DNA of 64,000 nt from Candidatus Latescibacterota bacterium (GTDB taxonomy: Bacteria; Latescibacterota; UBA2968), in the NCBI GenBank assembly GCA_965207885.1, contig OZ242311.1, positions 5,664,001 through 5,728,000 on the forward strand, read 5' to 3'. Below are positions 1-10,157 of the stretch, one piece after another. The notes beneath the pieces are model-generated. The model did no database searches. It saw only the letters and a list, made by a program, of their open reading frames with translations, and was not told where the DNA came from. A program made the translations under genes and the position numbers. How positions within the stretch are numbered: position 1 is the first letter of the stretch; each line of letters begins with the position of its first letter.

Positions 1-423
1 ACTCTCAGCGGTCTTCTTCCCGAACCCGCGCAATTTTTCGACCTCACCCGCCTCGCAGGCTTTTGCCAGCGCATCCACATCGGCAATACCCAATTGCTCG
101 TAAATAGACCGCACCCGCTTCGCGCCCAAACCGGGCACCTCAATCATCTCCAATAACCCTTCGGGCAGAGTGGAACGCAAATCGCCCATACCCGGCAACT
201 GCCCCGTATCAATAAGTACTGCAATATTTGCCGCCATCTTCGCGCCAATACCGCGCACAGATTCCAATTCACCGCGCGCGCTCAAATCCGAAGCGGGCTT
301 CCGCAACAGCTCAATCTGCCGCGCTGCATTGACATAAGACCGAATGCGAAACGCATTCTCGCCATTCAGTTCCATCAGCGTAGTCATCTTTTCCAATGCC
401 GCGGCAATATCTTTATTATCCAT
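1..423 (-). CDS. polX: DNA polymerase X family (PolX/PHP), N-terminal part; truncated by window edge
   Basis: Manual translation from ATG at 423: MDNKDIAAALEKMTTLMELNGENAFRIRSYVNAARQIE...VRGIGAK...VPGLGAKRV...LRGFGKKT, with the GENxFR motif and HhH repeats of bacterial PolX. Absent from the ORF track because there is no stop in the window. Confidence 0.9.
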   Translation of the reverse strand, partial: MDNKDIAAALEKMTTLMELNGENAFRIRSYVNAARQIELLRKPASDLSARGELESVRGIGAKMAANIAVLIDTGQLPGMGDLRSTLPEGLLEMIEVPGLGAKRVRSIYEQLGIADVDALAKACEAGEVEKLRGFGKKTAES

Positions 424-532
424 TCAAAACCACCGGGAAATGTAGTGGACATTTAGCAATCTACATGGTTATTTTAACTTCAATCGCCTGCGCAAATTTT
501 GGAGAATATAGATACAGAATGGAGCTAAGTCA

Positions 533-1561
533 ATGAACCAAACCACAAAAATCGCCATCGTCGGACTGGGTCGCATCGGCTGGCGATTTCACTTTCAGCA
601 AGCCCTCTCATCCAACCAATTTGAACTCACCGCTGTTGTCGATCCCCTGCCCGAACGCTTATCCGAAGCACGCGCAGCAGCGGGTTGTGAAACCCACACC
701 GATTTTGAATCTCTCTGGTCCGGCCCATTGCCCGACGTAGTCGCCATTGCCACGCCGACCACATTGCACGAAGACATGACCATTCGCGCCCTCAACGAAG
801 GTTGTCACGTCATCCTCGAAAAACCCATGACCACCTCCCTCGCCTCGGCAGATCGCCTGATCGCCCAGGCCCAAAAAAATAACCGCCGCATCTTTCTCTA
901 TCAACCCCACCGCCTCACACCCGAAACGCAAACCGCGCGAGAAATTATTCAAAGCGGCATGCTGGGACCTATCTACTTCATACACCGGGGCGTATATCGC
1001 TATGTGCGCCGAAACGACTGGCAGAGCTTGCGAAAAAACGGCGGCGGCATGCTCAACAACTACGGCGCGCATTACCTCGACCAACTCATCTATCTCTCGG
1101 ACGACTCGGCAATCACAGAAGTCGATTGCAAACGCTGGGCAATAGCCACCCGGGGGGATGCCGACGACGTAGTCAAAGCCTGGGTAAAAAAAGACTCTGG
1201 ACAGCTCTTAGACGTGCATATCAATCAGGCCACTGCCCATATCATGCCCCTCTGGCATATCTGTGGAAAATACGGCACAGCCATCCGCGACGACAACGTA
1301 TTCAAAGTACGATACTACGACCCCGCAGAAGCACCCCCGCTAAACATCGTCGAAGGCGCAGCACCCGAACGCAGCTACGACAATAAGGACCGATTGCCCT
1401 GGCGGGAAGAAGATATCCCGATCACCCGGGACAAACAGCGCGACTTCTACGCCAACATCTACGACGTAATCGTCAACAACGCCACGCCCTATATTCGCAT
1501 AGAAGAATCGCGCGAACTCATGCGCGTCATGGACTTATGCCGCCAAAGTGCCAAATTCTGA
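533..1561 (+). CDS. Gfo/Idh/MocA family oxidoreductase
   Basis: GLGRIG Rossmann motif, EKP motif, GGMLNNYGAHYLD; GGAG RBS. Confidence 0.9.
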   Translation: MNQTTKIAIVGLGRIGWRFHFQQALSSNQFELTAVVDPLPERLSEARAAAGCETHTDFESLWSGPLPDVVAIATPTTLHEDMTIRALNEGCHVILEKPMTTSLASADRLIAQAQKNNRRIFLYQPHRLTPETQTAREIIQSGMLGPIYFIHRGVYRYVRRNDWQSLRKNGGGMLNNYGAHYLDQLIYLSDDSAITEVDCKRWAIATRGDADDVVKAWVKKDSGQLLDVHINQATAHIMPLWHICGKYGTAIRDDNVFKVRYYDPAEAPPLNIVEGAAPERSYDNKDRLPWREEDIPITRDKQRDFYANIYDVIVNNATPYIRIEESRELMRVMDLCRQSAKF

Positions 1562-1643
1562 TCAGGATGTGCCGGATTAAAGGATATACAGGATAAAATC
1601 CGTAGATCGAACCAACGATACAATCAAACTATCAGGAGACACG

Positions 1644-2498
1644 ATGAAACTTTCACTCACCTCTGTCATGCTTCCCCGATGGGATTTGGAAACCACATTC
1701 AAAAAATTGGAAAAACACGGTTACGAAGGCATTGAACTCCGCTGCCGATACAATCCCGAAGACCCCAATGCCGAATTGTTCTATTGGGGACGCCACCTCA
1801 CGGATGTCAGCCCAGACAATATCCTGGACAAGGCAGCGCAGATACGCGACCTCTCAAACCAAACCGGCGTGCGCGTTTGCACCCTCGCATCCAATTTCAC
1901 TTATGATAAGATCGAAATCATCGAAAAAATATTCAAAGGCGCGCGTGCAATCGACTCCGATAACCCACCCCTCATTCGCGTTGGTGCCCAGAGCCACGAC
2001 CGCCAGGCGCCCTATATTCCCCAATTCCTCAAAGCGCGCGCGAGTTTTGCCGACCTGGTCGAAATGGCGCGCGATTACGGCGTCAAAATCATCTATGAAA
2101 TTCACGTTGGCACCATCGCTGTGAGCGCATCTCGCACCATCGCCCTCTTAGAAAACCTCGATCCCAATCACATCGGTGCCATCTGGGATGTGCCCAACAT
2201 GATCCGCGTGGGACTTGAAGACAGCAAAATGGGCCTCGAACTACTCGGCCCGTATCTCGCCCATGTACACATCGGCAATGCCACACCCGTGCAAACCGAG
2301 CGCGACGAGACCGGAAGCATGCAATGGGAATGGAATTTTAGCGACCTGCGAGAAGGCATGGCAGATATTCCCCAAATTATCCAGGACCTCAAAGACGTCG
2401 GATATCGGGGTTATATCTCACTTGAAGAATTTGGTCCCGGCGATGACGAAGAAAAAATCAGTTCCCAGGGCAACTATTTGAAATCCCTCATCAATTAA
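1644..2498 (+). CDS. Sugar phosphate isomerase/epimerase (AP endonuclease 2-type TIM barrel)
   Basis: GYEGIEL, YEIH, WDVPN, HVH and GYISLE metal-binding motifs; AGGAG RBS. Confidence 0.85.
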   Translation: MKLSLTSVMLPRWDLETTFKKLEKHGYEGIELRCRYNPEDPNAELFYWGRHLTDVSPDNILDKAAQIRDLSNQTGVRVCTLASNFTYDKIEIIEKIFKGARAIDSDNPPLIRVGAQSHDRQAPYIPQFLKARASFADLVEMARDYGVKIIYEIHVGTIAVSASRTIALLENLDPNHIGAIWDVPNMIRVGLEDSKMGLELLGPYLAHVHIGNATPVQTERDETGSMQWEWNFSDLREGMADIPQIIQDLKDVGYRGYISLEEFGPGDDEEKISSQGNYLKSLIN

Positions 2499-2511
2499 CA
2501 AGGAGCACACT

Positions 2512-3402
2512 ATGGTCCCCCTCATCAGCAGTCTCGTCTATGGCCCGCTCGGCGCGTGCCAATTGCCCCGCACATGGTGGAAAGTACTCACGCGCAACGC
2601 CGGTATTTTAGACGACGAATACCCCGACATGACGGATAATGGCCTCGACCCCCGTGTACTGCGCGCATTGAATCTGGATATCGAAACCACATTGGCCTAC
2701 TTGCGCGAAAACATGCCCTCATACCTCGAATTTGAAGCGTGGATACTCGAACAGAGAGGCGACGACTTCTGGGGCTTTGAACAGCAAGACGCCATCGTCC
2801 GATGGAACGCGTTTATCCGCGCACGGCGACACCGCGGGGAAAAAATCGAAGAAACGTACACAGACACGGGCCTGCCTCGGGATGCGGGCATTGATTCTGC
2901 AACCGTACTCAACTGCCTTCAGGATATGCAGTTATTTTACAAGCGCGACCTGTCCGAACTGCGCGGAAACATCGTCCCCCTCATCGCCACAATCGACTTC
3001 GGACCCCTCGGCGTGCGCCAATTGCCCCGCACCTGGTACAAAATCCTCCTCCGCGCAAAAGGCCTGCTACACCCCGACTATCCCGACATGACAGAGAGCG
3101 GCCTGGACCCCCGCGTACTGCGCGCATTAAATCTGGGCATCGACGCCACATTAAACCACATCCGCACAAACCTCCCATCCTATCTCGAATTTGAAGGCTG
3201 GGTACTCGAACAGTGCGGCGGTCAAATTCCCGTACAAGCCGTTGACGAATGGAACGACTACTTGTGCAATCGCATCCACAACGACGCCAAACGCGCAGAA
3301 ATCCGCGCAACCGTGGGATGTGGCGACATATCCTCAGCCGTCGTACTCAACCACATCGAAGACTGGCATCTGGCACATCAGTGGCTCTTAAGTGCCGTGT
3401 GA
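2512..3402 (+). CDS. Hypothetical protein with two tandem DUF5069-like domains
   Basis: VPLI..GPLG..QLPRTW.K...YPDMT..GLDPRVLRALNL.I..TL...R.N.PSYLEFE.W.LEQ occurs twice; AGGAG RBS. Confidence 0.7.
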   Translation: MVPLISSLVYGPLGACQLPRTWWKVLTRNAGILDDEYPDMTDNGLDPRVLRALNLDIETTLAYLRENMPSYLEFEAWILEQRGDDFWGFEQQDAIVRWNAFIRARRHRGEKIEETYTDTGLPRDAGIDSATVLNCLQDMQLFYKRDLSELRGNIVPLIATIDFGPLGVRQLPRTWYKILLRAKGLLHPDYPDMTESGLDPRVLRALNLGIDATLNHIRTNLPSYLEFEGWVLEQCGGQIPVQAVDEWNDYLCNRIHNDAKRAEIRATVGCGDISSAVVLNHIEDWHLAHQWLLSAV

Positions 3403-3417
3403 AAAGGAGAAAAAACA

Positions 3418-4527
3418 ATGTCTATTGAACTTGGCGAATTGTCCAATGGCGTGTCACTTACACAAGTGACCACAGACGCACTTGAAAAATCCAACATCTA
3501 CTGCGAACTGCCCTACTGCTCTGCTGACTCGCGTGTCTTTGTCTATGAACAAAAAAATTCAGACACCGCGCCCAACACCACCGAATACGTCGCCTGCGAA
3601 TTTGGCACATGGGAAACCGAAGTCATCGGGCGCGGTCTGGGCGGACCCGGAATGACCCACAGCGGCATCTTCTTTTATAAGCGCATTATCCCCAACAAAT
3701 GCCAGGAACTCGTGCGCGTTGACCTGCGCACGGGAAAACAGCGCGTCATCCATGAATTTCCCGAAGACCTTCAAACGCGCGGCCTGGGCACCCTATCGCC
3801 CGATGAACGCTATTACGCCTATGGCGTCACCATCAGCTATCACCCCAAAATGTTTGGCATTGAACTCGTCGATCTCGAAAAGGGAACGCGAGAAATCATC
3901 AATACCGACCCCGACATCTGCAACCCACACACGCAATTTGAACCCACAGAAGGCAAACAAATCATGGTTCAGCACAACCGGGGCTGCGAATTTAAACCCG
4001 ATGGCACCCGCGTCAAACTCGTCGGCGACGAAGGCGCCACCGAATACCTCGTCGATATACCCGACGGCAGAGTCACACGCCTTCAGGTCGGACTACCCCA
4101 TACGCCGAGCATCACCGGACACGAAGCTTGGATCGCGGGCGCAAATGAAATCCTCCTATCCGTCCGCGCAGAAGGGGAGTATGCACCCGACAAGGGCAAC
4201 CTCGTCAAAGTATCGGCAAATAAACCCGCAGAGCGCGTCGGCACGCCGGGCTATCGCTTCAACCACGTCGGCACCTCCCCCTGTGGTCAATACTTCTTCT
4301 GCGACGACTGGCAGGGCGCCAGCAAACTCGTCGTCGGCAATATCCAGACCGGCAAAACCGCGGTCGTATGCGAAGCTCATACATCCATGAGCACCGAGCA
4401 AAACACACACGGGCATCCCTATCTCTCGCCCGACCTCAAATGGCTCGTCTTCAACTCCGACCGCTCGGGACATCCCCAAATCCACGTCGCATCCGTGCCT
4501 TCTGAGCTCATTGCTCAATTGAATTAG
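3418..4527 (+). CDS. Beta-propeller protein, oligogalacturonate lyase/TolB-like
   Basis: NIYCELPYCS, GHEAW and HGHPYLSPDLKWLVFNSDRSG (PD40-like repeat). Confidence 0.7.
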   Translation: MSIELGELSNGVSLTQVTTDALEKSNIYCELPYCSADSRVFVYEQKNSDTAPNTTEYVACEFGTWETEVIGRGLGGPGMTHSGIFFYKRIIPNKCQELVRVDLRTGKQRVIHEFPEDLQTRGLGTLSPDERYYAYGVTISYHPKMFGIELVDLEKGTREIINTDPDICNPHTQFEPTEGKQIMVQHNRGCEFKPDGTRVKLVGDEGATEYLVDIPDGRVTRLQVGLPHTPSITGHEAWIAGANEILLSVRAEGEYAPDKGNLVKVSANKPAERVGTPGYRFNHVGTSPCGQYFFCDDWQGASKLVVGNIQTGKTAVVCEAHTSMSTEQNTHGHPYLSPDLKWLVFNSDRSGHPQIHVASVPSELIAQLN

Positions 4528-4848
4528 GAGTGTGCATAATTCATTTGTTGTGGTGCAAAGACGTATAGAGATTTTTTTAATATTTTTCTTTTCATGCCTT
4601 CGGCGACCTACTTTTTGTCACCAGCAACAAAAAGTAGGCAAAAAATGCCGCTCTCAAACGCCGAGGGGCTATGCACAGCGCAAATCGCTTCTATAGTAAT
4701 ACACCCTGCTGTGGCCTGCACAGTTGGGATGCCATAAAGATGTCCGCTGCGAAACGGACTCACACGCTGTGCATAATGGCTTTGATTGATGGCGTTTTGC
4801 AATGGTGCGTTTTGTGATGCCTTATCTGAAGTAATGCGTAACATCAGT
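4528..4848. repeat. Multi-hairpin intergenic element (MITE/REP-like or ncRNA)
   Basis: Inverted repeats CCTACTTTTTGT/ACAAAAAGTAGG (4607-4638), TATGCACAGCG/CGCTGTGCATA (4670-4775) and GTCCG/CGGAC (4742-4759). Confidence 0.5.
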
Positions 4849-4859
4849 CACAAATTCAA

Positions 4860-4897
4860 CAGGCACATTGTATTGGTTTCAATGTGCCTGTTTTTTT
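4860..4897 (+). terminator. Rho-independent terminator
   Basis: CAGGCACATTG/CAATGTGCCTG stem followed by a T7 tract. Confidence 0.8.
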
Positions 4898-4903
4898 ATA
4901 AAA

Positions 4904-4940
4904 TGTTCATTTTCGGACACCACTGTATCAAAATCGGACA
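4904..4940 (+). promoter_or_regulatory. Tandem putative enhancer-binding-protein sites (UAS)
   Basis: TGT-N10-ACA (4904-4919) and TGT-N11-ACA (4924-4940), both ending TCGGACAC, 65-100 bp upstream of a sigma54 box. Confidence 0.55.
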
Positions 4941-5003
4941 CTTATTACAATGCATTCATGGCACGAATTTTTATAACTACTTGTAAAACATAGAAAAGAA
5001 ATT

Positions 5004-5020
5004 TTGGCACAGAAATTGCG
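5004..5020 (+). promoter_or_regulatory. Sigma54 (-24/-12) promoter
   Basis: TTGGCACAGAAATTGCG matches YTGGCACRNNNNTTGC, with GG and GC separated by 10 nt. Confidence 0.75.
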
Positions 5021-5074
5021 TACCTTTTTACCACACATTCACTTCACTCTATAAATCATTTCAGAGGATAACCG

Positions 5075-7561
5075 ATGATTGCCAATTATTTTCGAACATG
5101 GTTTCGCAATGTAATCAAGTACAGAACGTATGCCGCCATTAACCTGTTGGGTTTGGGGATAGGGATTGCCTGCTGCTATCTTTGCGTGCTTTACCTTCTT
5201 TACGATTGGAGCTTTGACAGATTCCATCAAGACCATCATCGCATATACCGCGTTACTGGGAAAATGCAGTACTGGAAAAGAATGGGTGGCCCTATAGCGG
5301 GCACCTGGGCTGAGACGGTCCATTTTCCGGTCCCATTGGCATCGGTGATGCCTGTTGAGATTCCAGAAATCGAGATTGCCACCAGTATAAAAGATATCAA
5401 TTCTCCTCTAAATAAGACGACGTGGCGCGTGGGTACTCACAAAAATTCTCTGCGGGATATAGAAGACGTCATATTCGTAGATAGCAATTTTGTGGAGATT
5501 TTTTCGTTTCCTATCATCAGTGGTACATTCCTCTCAAGTCCAAATCAAGTTGTGATCACACGCGCATTCGCTCAGACACTTACCAATGATATTATCAGTT
5601 TGGTGGGCAAAACTTTATGGATACAACCCCCTGAGCGACCATTTTCCAGAAATCAGCAAAGTGCAGTCGCCGTTGAAATCGGAGGCATTGTGGAAACCCC
5701 TCCCCGCAATTCGAGTCTGACGTTCGAGATTCTTGTGCCTTTTACTATGTATTCAACCTTTCGTACTAAAAGAAAGCGAGAATGGGATTGGGCCTTTACT
5801 GCCAATCATTACATTCGCTTATCAGAAGAATCGCCTGTAAATGTCGTAGAGGAAAAGCTCACGCAGGTCATCCAGAAGCGATCAGCCTTCAACTCGCTAC
5901 GGGATGCATCTACCTTTGAGGCCAAACTGCAACCTATAACTGATTTGCACCACATAGTTAAGGGAATCGGTGGTGATGGCGTGCGTCCAGGTACCAACCC
6001 GATATATGGCTACATTCTCAGCGGCATGGGTGTCCTGGTCCTGTCTGTCGCGTGTTTGAATTACGTTCTACTCTACGTAGCGCGGTTCAATTCGCGTACA
6101 AAAGAACTGGGCATAAGACAAATCTTTGGCGCAAACCGACGGCAACTCAGATACCAGCTATTGGTCGAATGCTTTGGATACAGCCTGTTGGCGTGCGTCA
6201 TAGGCCTGGTAGTCGCAGAATTGGCATCAGGTCCTCTTGAAGGCGTTTTGAAAACCTCACTCGTGTCCTCGACAGACCCCATTCAGACCGCGATCATTCT
6301 CCTATCGCTTGCCTGTCTAATAGGTCTGGGCACAGCTCTTTACCCGGCAGCCTTTATGTCGTCTGTTTCTGCGGTCAGCGTTCTAAACAAAACAGCAAAA
6401 GCCGTCAGGTCTGGACCTTTTTTGAAAATATTAATGGCCATCCAATCCGGTGTGACATTGGTATTTGTATTTTGCACAATAATTATCTTTCAACAGACCT
6501 ATTTCGTTGTCACAGCGGATCCGGGATTTGAACCCGCGAATCTGGTCAGACTCAGCATCAGAGGATTGACGAAAAATGAGGTTGCTCGCCTGCAAGCATC
6601 CCTATCTGAGCATCCGCTCGTAGCCACATGCGTCCGGAAAATTGGATCAGCAGGCATACAGATGAAGGACAGCAATGGCAACTTGATTGATGAGGTGATT
6701 ACCTATGAAGCAGATGGTGACTTTCTCAAGACTTTGGGGTTGAAACTCCTACAGGGAAAATCCTTGTACCCAAACCCCACTCAGGGTGATGTGATCGTGA
6801 ATGAAGCCTTCTTAAAACGCCTGAAATCGGAACAACCTCTTGGACAGTTGATCACTCAGGCAGATGAAAATACAAGCTCACGCGTGTTTGGGCGCAATGT
6901 CAGTGGCCGCATCGCAGGTGTGGTCAAAGACTTTCACTTCCGAGACTTGCGCCACACAACTCCGCCTACCGTCATCGCCATTGCCGATGATGCGACCACA
7001 TATTTATTTAAAGAAAAACACATCACTGGAGAAATATTAATTCGCATCCAGGAGAACAGTGCCGATAAATTTGTCCCTTACCTCGAAAAGCTCTGGAAAG
7101 ACCTGAAAATTGGCGGGTTGCTGACATTCTCCTTCGTAGAAGATGAAAGACAAAAATTTTACGCCAAAGAAATCAGTTGGAGCAAAATCGTCTCTGGTGC
7201 TGCCTTGTGTGCTGTCCTCATCGCATCAATGGGTGCCCTGGGCATGATCTCCCTATCCGTGGCACGCAGAAGAAAGGAAATAGCCATCCGAAGGGTCATG
7301 GGTGCCGTGCCATCCAAAATAGCCAGTGAGATTGTGCTGAACTACGCGCTGCCTGGATTTACAGCCGCCGTCATCGCGCTTCCGCTCTCCTACTTCTTTA
7401 TGGACGAATGGCTCTCAATATTTGCCTACCGCTTTCAATTTGGTCTTGGCACGATTTTGACAGCGATCTTATTGGGTATCCTGCTTCCTCTCACAGGCGG
7501 TTTCTTACACGCGATAAAGATCGCTTCAGAGAGTCCCAGCGCAGCCCTTCGAGAGGACTGA
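5075..7561 (+). CDS. ABC transporter permease, MacB/FtsX family (duplicated architecture)
   Basis: INLLGLGIG N-terminal TM, FDRFH..IYRV, R.KE.GIR, GVVKDFHF, RRKEIAIRRVMGA, ends ALRED. Confidence 0.9.
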   Translation: MIANYFRTWFRNVIKYRTYAAINLLGLGIGIACCYLCVLYLLYDWSFDRFHQDHHRIYRVTGKMQYWKRMGGPIAGTWAETVHFPVPLASVMPVEIPEIEIATSIKDINSPLNKTTWRVGTHKNSLRDIEDVIFVDSNFVEIFSFPIISGTFLSSPNQVVITRAFAQTLTNDIISLVGKTLWIQPPERPFSRNQQSAVAVEIGGIVETPPRNSSLTFEILVPFTMYSTFRTKRKREWDWAFTANHYIRLSEESPVNVVEEKLTQVIQKRSAFNSLRDASTFEAKLQPITDLHHIVKGIGGDGVRPGTNPIYGYILSGMGVLVLSVACLNYVLLYVARFNSRTKELGIRQIFGANRRQLRYQLLVECFGYSLLACVIGLVVAELASGPLEGVLKTSLVSSTDPIQTAIILLSLACLIGLGTALYPAAFMSSVSAVSVLNKTAKAVRSGPFLKILMAIQSGVTLVFVFCTIIIFQQTYFVVTADPGFEPANLVRLSIRGLTKNEVARLQASLSEHPLVATCVRKIGSAGIQMKDSNGNLIDEVITYEADGDFLKTLGLKLLQGKSLYPNPTQGDVIVNEAFLKRLKSEQPLGQLITQADENTSSRVFGRNVSGRIAGVVKDFHFRDLRHTTPPTVIAIADDATTYLFKEKHITGEILIRIQENSADKFVPYLEKLWKDLKIGGLLTFSFVEDERQKFYAKEISWSKIVSGAALCAVLIASMGALGMISLSVARRRKEIAIRRVMGAVPSKIASEIVLNYALPGFTAAVIALPLSYFFMDEWLSIFAYRFQFGLGTILTAILLGILLPLTGGFLHAIKIASESPSAALRED

Positions 7562-7582
7562 TTAACGAGAAGGGAATACAAT

Positions 7583-10078
7583 ATGTTTCGCAACTATCTC
7601 CTTGCCACCCTGCGGAATTTACGCCACCAGAAGCCCTATGCCTTGATCAATCTGATCGGCTTGGGCCTGGGTATTGGTTGCTGTTATCTCTGTGTGCTGT
7701 ATATCCTGCATGATTGGAGTTTTGATAGGTTTCACCAAAACTCTGACCGCATTTATCGAATTACGATGCATGCAAAATATAGAGCAATTGAAAATATGGG
7801 ACCTCTGGCAGGAAAGGATGACCTCATCACTGCTTTCCCTTCAGCTTTGTCACAGGTAGTGATTTCTCAGATCCCAGAAGTTGAAACCACAACTCGCATT
7901 GTGCCTGCGTCTATAAAATGGCCCCATTGGAATATCAAATTTGAAAGAGAAAATTTTCACAGCATAGATGAAATTCGCGTCAATGAAATTATTCTGGTAG
8001 ATGAAAGTTTCTACGAGCTATTTTCCTTTCCCCTCATAAGCGGTAGCTTCCCTGCCAGGTCGAACGGCATTGTGTTAAGCGAAGATATGGCTGCAATGCT
8101 GTCGAATAACGCAAACGAGTTGATTGGCAAAACATTGTCCATTCAGTCTGAACGATACAAAGACGAAGCGTCAATGCAGTCCGTGGAGGTCACCGGCATC
8201 ATTGAATCGCCTCCGAGCAACTCCAGCTTGCGCTTCAAAGCACTGTTGCCATTTCACCTGGGGCCAAAGCTGCTTGGGCAAAAAAACGAAGGATGGAGTT
8301 GGTGGAACAATGGCGGTATCTATTTTGTCCGCCTGAAACCGGAAGCCAATATTGATGGCATAGAAAAAAAACTCACACAAATCATAAAAAAACATCCTTT
8401 CGACTTATATGATCCCGATGCCTTTCGCATAAAGCTACAATCTATCTCCGAACTCCACTACGATGACTTTCGCGGTGCTTATCGAGGCACAGGATTGCTG
8501 CCCGGTACAAATCCCCTCTATGCCTACATTCTTCTCGGCATTAGCGTACTTATTTTATCCGTCGCCTGTGTGAATTATTCGCTGCTCTACGCCGGAAGAT
8601 TTAGCGCACGCGTGAAGGAATTTGGTCTCAGGCAAATTCTGGGTGCTGCGCGCAACCACCTCGGCTATCAACTTTTATTCGAATGCTTCAGTTTCAGTCT
8701 TCTCGCCTGTATTGTCGGCTTGAGTTTCGCCGAGTTGATGGCACCAACACTTGAGGGGATTCTCCAAACGCAATTCACGTCCTTCGCCAACCCATTCACA
8801 GCAGCTATCATCCTCCTGACAATCGCATCTATAACCGGCCTCTCAACCTCCCTCTATCCCGCTGCACTAATCTCATCCCTCTCGCCCTTAAGCATTGTTC
8901 GCAGAGACGCAAAATTTGGCCGATCTGGTCCCTTCTTGAAAGTCCTCATGGGCATTCAGTGTGGCATCACATTAAGCCTTGTATTTTCCGCGCTTGTCAT
9001 GGCTCGGCAAGTCTATTTTTTAACAACAAATGACCTCGGCTTCAACATCCACAACCTGATCAGCGTAAATATCGAAGACCTGCGTTCAACAGGGGATCAA
9101 GCAGACGTATTACAGCAATCTCTTGACACTATTCCCGGTGTTATCTCTATTGCAAAAACCCGTCAGTCCATTGGATGGTCAAATTTCGCAAAATTGCGAG
9201 ACGATAGCGGCAACACCATCGAAGAAGTAAATTATTTTCAGGTGGATGATAACTTTGTAAAAACAGTGGGATTGGAGATCTTGCTCGGAAGAGAATTTGA
9301 GGAAGGAGAGCAAACGGGTCACGTCATCATCAATGAGTCATTGCAAAAACGGATGGGAATAACCAACCCCCTTGGACAAAGCCTATCTCCGGCGGAGAAT
9401 CGCTCGCGGTTATTTGGAAACGCCTCCAGTGGTCAGATTGTGGGTGTTGTGAAAGATTTCCACTTTCGGGACCTGCACCACAGTGTCTCACCAACTGTGA
9501 TCACCATTGCCGAACCGGGACAGAGACGCACGGATAGATTTCGAGAAATGTTGATCCGAATTGATGCGGAAAGAACAGCGGGAGTGCTGAATCACCTCCG
9601 CATTGCATGGGAAGCTCTGGAAACTGGAAAACCACTGCGGTTTTCGTTTGTAGAAGAAAAATTAAAAAACGCTTATACCCATGAAACGAGGTGGAGTGCT
9701 CTCGTTGCAGGCGCGTCTCTATGTGCCATTCTCATCGCATCAATGGGTACACTCGGCATGGTCTCATTATCTGTTGCACGCAGAGAAAAAGAGATCGCAC
9801 TGAGAAAAATCCTGGGCGCATCCCCCTCCAAAATTGCGGAAGGCATTGTCTTCAGCCTGACTGCTCCCGGCTTCCTGTCTGTGATTGTAGCCTTGCCCCT
9901 GGCCTATTTCTCAATGGAACACTGGTGGTTATCAAATTTTCCGTATCGAATCGAAATGGGCGTTGGCACCGCCTTGAGCGCGATTCTCGTGGGCGTCCTC
10001 CTTCCCATCGCAGGGGGATTCTTACATTCTTTCCGCGTCGCATCTCGAAGTCCCATCGACGCTCTTCGCGAGGACTGA
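7583..10078 (+). CDS. ABC transporter permease, MacB/FtsX family (paralog of upstream gene)
   Basis: Same motifs (INLIGLGLGIGCC, GVVKDFHF, REKEIALRKILGA, ALRED). Confidence 0.9.
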   Translation: MFRNYLLATLRNLRHQKPYALINLIGLGLGIGCCYLCVLYILHDWSFDRFHQNSDRIYRITMHAKYRAIENMGPLAGKDDLITAFPSALSQVVISQIPEVETTTRIVPASIKWPHWNIKFERENFHSIDEIRVNEIILVDESFYELFSFPLISGSFPARSNGIVLSEDMAAMLSNNANELIGKTLSIQSERYKDEASMQSVEVTGIIESPPSNSSLRFKALLPFHLGPKLLGQKNEGWSWWNNGGIYFVRLKPEANIDGIEKKLTQIIKKHPFDLYDPDAFRIKLQSISELHYDDFRGAYRGTGLLPGTNPLYAYILLGISVLILSVACVNYSLLYAGRFSARVKEFGLRQILGAARNHLGYQLLFECFSFSLLACIVGLSFAELMAPTLEGILQTQFTSFANPFTAAIILLTIASITGLSTSLYPAALISSLSPLSIVRRDAKFGRSGPFLKVLMGIQCGITLSLVFSALVMARQVYFLTTNDLGFNIHNLISVNIEDLRSTGDQADVLQQSLDTIPGVISIAKTRQSIGWSNFAKLRDDSGNTIEEVNYFQVDDNFVKTVGLEILLGREFEEGEQTGHVIINESLQKRMGITNPLGQSLSPAENRSRLFGNASSGQIVGVVKDFHFRDLHHSVSPTVITIAEPGQRRTDRFREMLIRIDAERTAGVLNHLRIAWEALETGKPLRFSFVEEKLKNAYTHETRWSALVAGASLCAILIASMGTLGMVSLSVARREKEIALRKILGASPSKIAEGIVFSLTAPGFLSVIVALPLAYFSMEHWWLSNFPYRIEMGVGTALSAILVGVLLPIAGGFLHSFRVASRSPIDALRED

Positions 10079-10157
10079 TACACAAATCTCTGTCTTTCAT
10101 TCTCTCGATAACTATATTATACAGTCTTCAAATAATCCATAACCAAAAGGAGCGCAC

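Noticed and set aside
1557-1600. Short periodic GGAT motif after the first oxidoreductase
   Set aside because: Single degenerate occurrence in the window; cannot support a repeat family or function
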